Part shown: positions 24,192-30,763 of the stretch, one piece after another
Numbering within the stretch: the first letter of the stretch is position 1
Layout of the letters: the number at the start of each line of letters is the position of its first letter
Origin: a virus
Taxonomy: Duplodnaviria > Caudoviricetes
Strand: one strand, 5' to 3'
DNA: 30,763 nucleotides
Virus record (IMG/VR): IMGVR_UViG_3300023197_000128
Location: 1-30,763 of that record
Notes under the pieces: model-generated
Databases searched by the model: none
Told to the model about the DNA's origin: nothing
The model's input: the letters and a program-made list of their open reading frames with translations, nothing else
Translations under genes and position numbers: made by a program

Positions 24192-24779
24192 ATGCTCACA
24201 ACTGCCGAGGAGGACCGCTTCGAGGCGGACCTCCCGCTCACGCAGTCGATCCCGTTCGAGGGTGACGAGTACCAGTACGAGCTCACGCCGTTCTGGGCCG
24301 GCCCCGATCACTCGGGGAACAACGCCGCCGAGGTCGCCGAGTACCCGGCGCTGGTCCTGCAGTGGGACACTCAGGGCGCCGAGGATGAGGAGCGGAAGCC
24401 GCTCGGCGACGCCTCTCGGTTCGACGACCGCGGGGACGCCCCCGAGTTCGCGGAGATCCAGGCGGCCGGCTACGACGACGAGCTCTCGATCACCGTCGCC
24501 GTCGACGCGAGCCACGACGCGAACGGCGTTCCGCCGGACGTCCGCGGGAAGCAGCTCGCGCGGGCGCTCTGGCGGTACCTCCGGTTCGAGGCTGACCTCA
24601 ACTCGGAGGGCGCGAACGGCGAGCGACCGATGACGGTCGAGCCGGTCAACGCGCCGACGCCCACCCGCGTCGCTGGGACGTTCCGCGTCGAGTGGTCGGT
24701 CGCGATCTCCTACGTCGACGAGTACGAGATCGTCCACGAGACCGTCGCCGATGCGGAGTACTCCGTCGACATGGAATAG
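24192..24779 (+). CDS. Tail terminator/neck protein (probable)
   Basis: 195 aa immediately before the sheath gene; YPALVL motif. Confidence 0.6.
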   Translation: MLTTAEEDRFEADLPLTQSIPFEGDEYQYELTPFWAGPDHSGNNAAEVAEYPALVLQWDTQGAEDEERKPLGDASRFDDRGDAPEFAEIQAAGYDDELSITVAVDASHDANGVPPDVRGKQLARALWRYLRFEADLNSEGANGERPMTVEPVNAPTPTRVAGTFRVEWSVAISYVDEYEIVHETVADAEYSVDME

Positions 24780-24817
24780 CGCAGTAAGCAACGCGACACA
24801 TCAGACAACACGCACAA

Positions 24818-26113
24818 ATGCCAGTTTCAGTGGTCGACATCGACCTTACGGCAGAGATCGCGGCTCTCCCGCAGCCGACCTTCACCGACGTCGCCGTCAT
24901 CGGGACGGCGACCGCGGCGCCGCCGAACGCCGAGTTCGGCGAGGTCAACACGTACGGGAGTGCCGCCGAAGTAGCAAATGACTACGGGGACGGCTCGGAC
25001 GTCCACGAGTCCTCGAAGGAACTCGAGGGCCGAGGCGTCTCCGAGTGGTTCGTCCTCGTCCTCGAGGCAGTCGAGGAAACCGAGACCGTCGACGACGGCG
25101 CCGCCGTCTCGACCACGCCGGTCCTCGGCGACCCCGTCCCGACCGCCGCGGCTCGGGACGTCGTCTTCTCGACGAGCTCGCCCCCGGCGCAGCCGGACGA
25201 CGGCGAGGTCGCGATCAACACCGACACCGGTGAGGTCACGACCGACGACGGGACGAGCGCGGACATCACGTACTACCACGCGGACTGGACGCGACTCGAC
25301 CGGCTCGGCGCTGCCGATGCCGATCGCCTCCACCGCGCGAACACCCAGGCCGGGCGCGAGCACATCGGGACGTACGACGAGCTCACGACCTGGGCCGGCG
25401 GCAACCGCGCCGGCGTCGTCCTCCCGATGCGGGACGGCGTCCAGTACGCCGACGAGCAGGCCGCGATGGACGCGGCGCACGAGATCGCGGGCTACGTCTC
25501 GAGCGGGGACATCCTCGCCTTCGCGGTGAAGGAGTCGAGCGGCGACCCCGGCGGCGAGGTCCTCGGGCAGCTCGCGACGAACGACCCGTGGTACGATCCG
25601 TTCTTCGACGGCGACGGCTACGGCTTCGCGAACGACTACTACGAGGACGCCCTCGTCGGGGATCCCTCCTCAAAGGGGACGTTCGAGGGTGGCGACGACA
25701 ACGGGGACGGCCCCGTCAACGTCGTCATCAACGTCGGCGGGACGACCGTCCTCTCGAACTCGGTGTCGACGGCGGGCGCGTCGTCGAACTACCAGTACTT
25801 CGACGTCTCGATGACCGAGGCGTACGCCGCGGAGATCGTCGAGAACGCGCTGACCTCGCTGCGGCTGCGCGAGGACCGCGTCCCGTTCACGGCGGACGGG
25901 CGAACGATGATCTCGGCGACGATCAAGGACGCGTTCGCCGGCGACGTCGGCGGCGCCGACGACCCGTTCGCGGAGGTCTCGGTCAACGTCCCGTCGATCG
26001 ACGACCTCACGGACGACGAGAAGGCGAATCGGCTCTGGAGCGGGATCTCCATCGAGGGGACCCTCTCCGGGAACGTCCACGAGTTCGGTCTCGAGATGAC
26101 CGTCACGGTGTAA
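24818..26113 (+). CDS. Tail sheath protein (DUF3383-like)
   Basis: N-terminal YGSAAEVANDYG; C-terminal VPFTADGRTMI...DEKANRLWSGISIEGTLSGNVH pattern typical of sheath proteins. Confidence 0.85.
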   Translation: MPVSVVDIDLTAEIAALPQPTFTDVAVIGTATAAPPNAEFGEVNTYGSAAEVANDYGDGSDVHESSKELEGRGVSEWFVLVLEAVEETETVDDGAAVSTTPVLGDPVPTAAARDVVFSTSSPPAQPDDGEVAINTDTGEVTTDDGTSADITYYHADWTRLDRLGAADADRLHRANTQAGREHIGTYDELTTWAGGNRAGVVLPMRDGVQYADEQAAMDAAHEIAGYVSSGDILAFAVKESSGDPGGEVLGQLATNDPWYDPFFDGDGYGFANDYYEDALVGDPSSKGTFEGGDDNGDGPVNVVINVGGTTVLSNSVSTAGASSNYQYFDVSMTEAYAAEIVENALTSLRLREDRVPFTADGRTMISATIKDAFAGDVGGADDPFAEVSVNVPSIDDLTDDEKANRLWSGISIEGTLSGNVHEFGLEMTVTV

Positions 26114-26128
26114 CTTAGGTGATATAAG

Positions 26129-26536
26129 ATGCCACAAACCAGAGACTTCGACGTTGACCAGATCTCCGTCTTCATCGACGGCGAGCGCGTCGCCGACCTC
26201 GACTCGGTCGGCTGGGACGACTCGGCCGACCACGAGCACAACCGGACGATGGGCGACGACGGCAACGTCTGGGTCATCGTCGACGAGGAGGTCGAGGCGA
26301 CCGTCGCGGTGAAGGCCGTCTCGCAATCGATCCCCCGCCTCGAGCGGGCGTACAAGAACGCGGAAACCGTCTCCCTCGCAGTCCAGTACGCGGACGCAGA
26401 GCCCCGCGTCGAGTCGAACTTCCTCGACGGGAAGTTCCTCGGCTTCGGGCCCGCCGACGACTACGAGAACGACTCGATGCCGATGTACGAGGGCTCGCTG
26501 CAGTTCGACCGCGTCGAGCACGAGTACGACGAGTGA
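26129..26536 (+). CDS. Tail tube protein
   Basis: 135 aa after the sheath gene; FDVDQISVFIDG N-terminus, DUF3277-like. Confidence 0.8.
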   Translation: MPQTRDFDVDQISVFIDGERVADLDSVGWDDSADHEHNRTMGDDGNVWVIVDEEVEATVAVKAVSQSIPRLERAYKNAETVSLAVQYADAEPRVESNFLDGKFLGFGPADDYENDSMPMYEGSLQFDRVEHEYDE

Positions 26537-26552
26537 GACGTGAGAGGTGAAC

Positions 26553-27029
26553 ATGAGTTCTGATTCTACTGAGTCCGGTGACGACCAGCCGGACCCCGAC
26601 AGTACTGACACGGAAGCAGGAGCACAGGACGTCGAGGAGGAGCCGGTCGACCTGACGCAGGTCGACCCCGAGGAGATCGACCCCGAGGACCTCGAGAACC
26701 AGGAGTGGTCGCTCGGTGGCGAGGACACGGGCTACATCAAGTTCGGCGGGATGGTCTTCGAGGTCCAGGACCCCGAGGACGACGAGATCCTCAACCTCAT
26801 CGTCGGCGCCGCGACCGGCGAGGGCGAAGCCGGGCAGATGGAGGGCAGCGACCGGATGTTCGCCCTCTGCGACAGCGCCGTGGTCTCGCCGGAGCTCACG
26901 CCGGAGCGCTGGCGGCAGATGAAGTCCGGCGAGCGAATCGGCCTCACGATGCGGATCGCTGAGTGGGCCGGCATCGACCAGATGATGGATTTTCCCGAAG
27001 GTGGGGAAGCTCCCCCGCAGGGCAAGTAA
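26553..27029 (+). CDS. Tail assembly chaperone
   Basis: Between tube and tape measure; ATG 26553 after SD GAGGTGA. Confidence 0.75.
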   Translation: MSSDSTESGDDQPDPDSTDTEAGAQDVEEEPVDLTQVDPEEIDPEDLENQEWSLGGEDTGYIKFGGMVFEVQDPEDDEILNLIVGAATGEGEAGQMEGSDRMFALCDSAVVSPELTPERWRQMKSGERIGLTMRIAEWAGIDQMMDFPEGGEAPPQGK

Positions 27030-27292
27030 CGACGCGGATCCATCAGCAGACCGGCATCCCCCTCGAGGAAGTCGCGGAGTGGCCCTGGACGAAGCGGCTC
27101 TGGTACGCCGAGGCCTACGATGCGATCGAGCCGGACCAGTCCGAGCTCGGCGCCGGCGGCCTTGGGGGGCTCGAGGGACTCGACGTCGACGCCGGCGACG
27201 TCCCGGGCGACATCCCCACCTCGTTCGGTTCGACCGGGAGGGGCGTCACGAAGGGCGTCTCGAAGCATGACAACGTCTTATCGGTGAACTAA
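26987..27292 (+). CDS. -1 frameshift extension of the tail assembly chaperone (GT-type product)
   Basis: G_GAT_TTT at 26987-26993, followed by a GGGGA-AGC-TCCCC hairpin. The -1 frame is open to TAA 27292 (..RIHQQTGIPLEEVAEWPW..) with no good ATG start of its own. Confidence 0.7.
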   Translation, partial: GFSRRWGSSPAGQVTTRIHQQTGIPLEEVAEWPWTKRLWYAEAYDAIEPDQSELGAGGLGGLEGLDVDAGDVPGDIPTSFGSTGRGVTKGVSKHDNVLSVN

Positions 27293-27293
27293 C

Positions 27294-30200
27294 ATGGTAG
27301 GTTTTAGCGGCAACGTCCGACGGATAGCAACAGTACTGACAGCGTCCGATCGGGCGTCCGGAGACCTCCGCAGTGCCGAGAGCGCCGGTGACGACGCCGC
27401 CGAGTCGATGGGCCGCGCGGAGCGCCGCGCCCGTGGGCTCCAGATGGGGTTCATGGCGACCGCTGCGGGAGCCGTGGCCGCCGCCGGGGCGCTCGCCGGG
27501 CTGACCCGGCAGCACGGGCGGACCGAGAAGACGATGGCTCGGCTCGCGACCGTCTCCGGCGCGACCGACCAGGAGATGGAGAAGCTCCGAGACACCGCGA
27601 TGACGCTCGGAAAGGAGCTCCCGATCGCGATGGGCGACGCTGCGAACGCGATGGAGCAGCTCGCCTTCGCCGGCTTCGAGGCGTCCGAGGCCATCGACGC
27701 CGCTCACGGTGTCGCCGATCTCGCCGTCGCGTCGAACATGAACATGGCGCAGTCGGCGCGGTCGACCGCGTCGGCGCTGCGGATGTTCGGCCTCGAGGCG
27801 GACCAGACCGTCCAGGTCACGAGCGCGATGGCGGCGACGTTCAGCAACTCCGCAACGACGATCACCGAACTCTCCAGCGCACTCGAGTACGTCGGCGCGA
27901 CCGCGACGTCGGCCGGCGTCTCCCTGCAAGAGATGTCGGCAGCCATCGGCGTCCTCGCTGACCGCGGGATACGTGCGTCGAAGGCTGGGACGGCGCTGAA
28001 CACGACGCTCCAGCGGATCGTCTCCGGGAGCGGGAAGGCAGAGTCCGCGCTCTCGCGGCTCGGCCTCTCCGTCGACGACCTCACCAACTCGTCCGGAGAG
28101 GTCGCAGAACTCGGCGTCGTCCTCGGGACGATCGGCGAGCGCATGGAGAAGCTCGAGTCCGACGCCGAGCGGATGCAGGTCGCGACCGAACTCGCCGGCC
28201 GGCGCGGTGCTCGGGCGTTGCTCCCGCTCATCGAGTCCCAGGAGGACCTCAACGAGAAGATGGGCGACATCTTCCGGTCGGAGATCCGCTCGTCGATCGG
28301 CGAGCTCGCCCGGCTCTCCCAGGACGAGATCGGCGCCGTCGAGGAGGCCCTCGGCGGGATGGAGATCGACCGCGAGGACGTCACACCGAAGGACGTCATC
28401 CGCGGGCTCGAGGAGATGCGGGAGTCGGGCGTCGGCGTCGAGGAGATGGCGAGCCGCCTCGCAGCGGCACTCGGGATCTCCCAGAAGGCCGCGAGGTCGC
28501 TCGCCCAGGACGTCCACGACTCGTCGGTCTCGGCCGAGCAGCTGGCCGAGTCGATCGGCGGCGCGACGACCGCCTCGGAGATCGCCGCGTCCCAGATGGA
28601 CACGACCGCCGGCGCGGTCGAGTTCATGAAGTCGTCGTTCGACGCGATGACGTTCACCATCTTCACGGGAGCGGCGCCGGCGATCGAGTGGTTCAACGAG
28701 AAGCTCGCCGTCGGGATCAACGTCCTCAACGAGAACGAGACGGCGATGAAGGCCGTCGGCGGCGCGCTCGCCGCTCTCACAGGACTCCTTTCCGTCGCGG
28801 CCGTCGCGTTCGGCGCCGCGTACGTCCAGGCGACCGTCATCCCGGGGCTGATGACCGCCATCTCGGGCTCGTTCCTGACGGCCGCCGCTGGGGCGGGCTC
28901 CCTCACCGGAGCACTCGGCGTTCTCGCTGGCGTGGTCGCGTCGGTCGCGTGGCCGATCCTCGCGATCGTCGCAGCGGTCGGCGTCCTCGTCGCCGGGTTC
29001 TTCATGCTCAAAGAGGTCATCGAGAAGGACATCCTCGGCGTCGGGAGCGACCTCGCCGTCCTCATGGAGCGGATCGGGGCCGTCATCGACTTCCTGAAGC
29101 CGACGATCGACCCCCTCATCGGCATCCTCGTCGAGCTGGGGAAGATCCTGCTGGCCATCGCTGCGGCGCCGCTGGTCTTCCAGATCATGGCGATCATCAA
29201 GGGGCTGAAGCTCCTCTCCGATATCGTCGTCTGGACGGTCGACGCGATAATGGGCCTCGTCAACGGGACGAAGACCCTCGAGGGCGTGATGAACGACGCC
29301 GCCGGGAACATCGTCGCGTTCTTCTCCGGCATCGGCTCGACGATCGCGAACGCCCTCGGCTCGATCGACTGGGGCGCCCTCGCCTGGACGATCGTCGAGG
29401 GGCTCGCGACCGGGCTCGGCGCCGCGTTCGGCCTCTGGGTAAAAGGCTGGCAGCTGTACCTCGGATTCCTCGTCAAGTTCTGGACGACGGTCCCCGGCCT
29501 CGTCCTCGACGGGATCATGGCGCTCCCCGGGCTCCTCTGGGACGGCCTCAAGGCCGGGTTCGGCCTCTGGGTGAAAGGCTGGCAGATGTACCTCGGGTTC
29601 CTCGTCGACTTCTGGACGTCGGTCCCGGGAATCGCGATGAAGGCGGCGAAGAAGATCCCGCGGGCGATCATGAAAGGCCTCGAGGCGACGGCACCAAACG
29701 TCGCCGCGGGCATCCGGAAGGTCGTCCAGGTCATCCGCGACTTCCTCCCGTTCTCGAACGCGAAGCGGGGGCCGCTCTCGTCGATCATGAGCGTCGGCGG
29801 AAAGATCGTCGACGCGATCGCGAGCGGACTGAAGAACTCGGCCGGGAAAGTCGCGAGCGCGGCTGGCGACGTCGCCGGCGCCATCAAAGGGAAGCTCGAC
29901 GACGTCGTCTCCGGCGCGAAGGAGAAGGGCGCGGCGCTGGCCTCGACCGTTGCGGACGGCGCGAAGTCCGCCGGCGGAAAGGTCAAAGACGCCGTGACCG
30001 ACGTCGCCGACAAAGCGGGCTCGGTCCTCCCGATGTCGAACGCCGAGGAGGGGCCGTTCTCGAACCTCGTCGAGCGCGGCCAGAAGCTCGTCTCGACCGT
30101 CGCGAAGGGCGTCGAGGGCGAGGACTCGACGCTCCAGGACACCCTCGCAGGTGTTGCTGAGGGCACTCCGCTCGGGCAGGCCGCGTCGACGCTCGTCGGC

Positions 30201-30425
30201 GCAATCGGCGGCTCGGGCGGACCGGCGGCAGCACTCGGTGGCGGTCCCGCTGCCGGCGGCTCCGGTCGGCCGATCGAGATCGTCCTCGAGCAGACCAACC
30301 AGTTCGGCGACGTCGGCGATCGCGAAGAGATCCGTCGGATGGTCGAAGAGGCGACCCGCTCTGGCGGCCAGAACGCGCTCGCCGAGCTCGAGCTTCTGCT
30401 GAAACAGACGCTCTCGGAGGCTTAG
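27294..30425 (+). CDS. Tape measure protein (TP901-type core)
   Basis: 1043 aa, Ala/Gly-rich; LADRGIRASKAGTAL core motif; hydrophobic central region; Trp/Phe periodicity. Confidence 0.95.
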   Translation: MVGFSGNVRRIATVLTASDRASGDLRSAESAGDDAAESMGRAERRARGLQMGFMATAAGAVAAAGALAGLTRQHGRTEKTMARLATVSGATDQEMEKLRDTAMTLGKELPIAMGDAANAMEQLAFAGFEASEAIDAAHGVADLAVASNMNMAQSARSTASALRMFGLEADQTVQVTSAMAATFSNSATTITELSSALEYVGATATSAGVSLQEMSAAIGVLADRGIRASKAGTALNTTLQRIVSGSGKAESALSRLGLSVDDLTNSSGEVAELGVVLGTIGERMEKLESDAERMQVATELAGRRGARALLPLIESQEDLNEKMGDIFRSEIRSSIGELARLSQDEIGAVEEALGGMEIDREDVTPKDVIRGLEEMRESGVGVEEMASRLAAALGISQKAARSLAQDVHDSSVSAEQLAESIGGATTASEIAASQMDTTAGAVEFMKSSFDAMTFTIFTGAAPAIEWFNEKLAVGINVLNENETAMKAVGGALAALTGLLSVAAVAFGAAYVQATVIPGLMTAISGSFLTAAAGAGSLTGALGVLAGVVASVAWPILAIVAAVGVLVAGFFMLKEVIEKDILGVGSDLAVLMERIGAVIDFLKPTIDPLIGILVELGKILLAIAAAPLVFQIMAIIKGLKLLSDIVVWTVDAIMGLVNGTKTLEGVMNDAAGNIVAFFSGIGSTIANALGSIDWGALAWTIVEGLATGLGAAFGLWVKGWQLYLGFLVKFWTTVPGLVLDGIMALPGLLWDGLKAGFGLWVKGWQMYLGFLVDFWTSVPGIAMKAAKKIPRAIMKGLEATAPNVAAGIRKVVQVIRDFLPFSNAKRGPLSSIMSVGGKIVDAIASGLKNSAGKVASAAGDVAGAIKGKLDDVVSGAKEKGAALASTVADGAKSAGGKVKDAVTDVADKAGSVLPMSNAEEGPFSNLVERGQKLVSTVAKGVEGEDSTLQDTLAGVAEGTPLGQAASTLVGAIGGSGGPAAALGGGPAAGGSGRPIEIVLEQTNQFGDVGDREEIRRMVEEATRSGGQNALAELELLLKQTLSEA
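29421..29629 (+). repeat. Internal duplication in the tape measure gene (132-bp period)
   Basis: 29421-29497 and 29553-29629 encode FGLWVKGWQ[L/M]YLGFLV[K/D]FWT[T/S]VPG. Confidence 0.9.
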
Positions 30426-30429
30426 ACTC

Positions 30430-30763
30430 ATGGCACTACAAGGACCACAAGGACCGTCCGGCAGAACGCCGGACCGAGTAACGATCGGCGACGTCGTCCT
30501 CTCCGGCGTAACCCGGGTTGAGGGCGGCGGCGGCTGGAACGCGCCATCGAAGACTGCTGAGAAGGGCTTCTCGTACGACTCGTACGTCGATACGGAGCCC
30601 CTCTCCGCGTCGATCGAGGCGTGGGTCGACGATGCAGAGCTCCGGCGCCTCAAGGCGCTCCGGGACTCGACCGACCCGTTCCCGGCGTCGGTCGACCACG
30701 TCTCCCTCTCGCTGGCGAAGCTCGAGGACCTCTCGGTCGAACGGGAGGGCCGAATAAACTCCC
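30430..30763 (+). CDS. Tail tube initiator/baseplate hub-like protein, 3'-truncated
   Basis: ATG 4 nt after the TMP stop; MALQGPQGPSGRTPDRVTIGDVVL...AEKGFSYDSYVDTEP; open to the window end, so absent from the ORF track. Confidence 0.6.
   Translation, partial: MALQGPQGPSGRTPDRVTIGDVVLSGVTRVEGGGGWNAPSKTAEKGFSYDSYVDTEPLSASIEAWVDDAELRRLKALRDSTDPFPASVDHVSLSLAKLEDLSVEREGRINS

Larger units (their letters stand above)
1..30763. mobile_element. Temperate haloarchaeal tailed virus (myovirus-type), partial genome
   Basis: Syntenic terminase-portal-MuF-protease-capsid-neck-sheath-tube-TAC-TMP block, plus integrase, att core and primase-helicase. D/E-rich proteome and high GC are typical of Halobacteria. 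No host housekeeping genes seen. Confidence 0.95.

Noticed and set aside
1-30763. Abundant GTCGAC/CTCGAG/GACGAC words as a repeat array or CRISPR
   Set aside because: Explained by Val-Asp, Leu-Glu and Asp-Asp codons; no regularly spaced repeat-spacer structure and no cas genes seen.

Overview
A 30.8-kb, very GC-rich segment of a temperate haloarchaeal head-tail virus. The proteins are strongly acidic, GGAGGTG Shine-Dalgarno motifs are frequent, and many genes overlap as ATGA/TGATG. A tail sheath and tube indicate myovirus morphology. Order: an early region of small CxxC/C2H2 zinc-finger and wHTH proteins punctuated by a recurrent TDGG peptide (1-4664); a minus-strand tyrosine integrase with an adjacent attP-like core matching the 3' end of haloarchaeal tRNA-Cys inside a 21-bp inverted repeat; a 1300-aa AEP primase-polymerase/SF2-like helicase fusion; an HTH regulator; membrane (possible lysis) genes; HNH, TerS, TerL, portal, MuF, protease-scaffold, decoration and capsid; neck genes, sheath, tube, a tail chaperone with a probable -1 frameshift, tape measure and a truncated tail/baseplate gene. 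Viral genes flank the att core on both sides, so this looks like the free (unintegrated) genome. Most notable: two non-canonical tRNA-like elements just upstream of late genes, TDGG-delimited modular early proteins, and a recurrent EQLA motif in head proteins that may be the maturation-protease site. All product calls come from motif recognition by eye and gene order; no searches were run.
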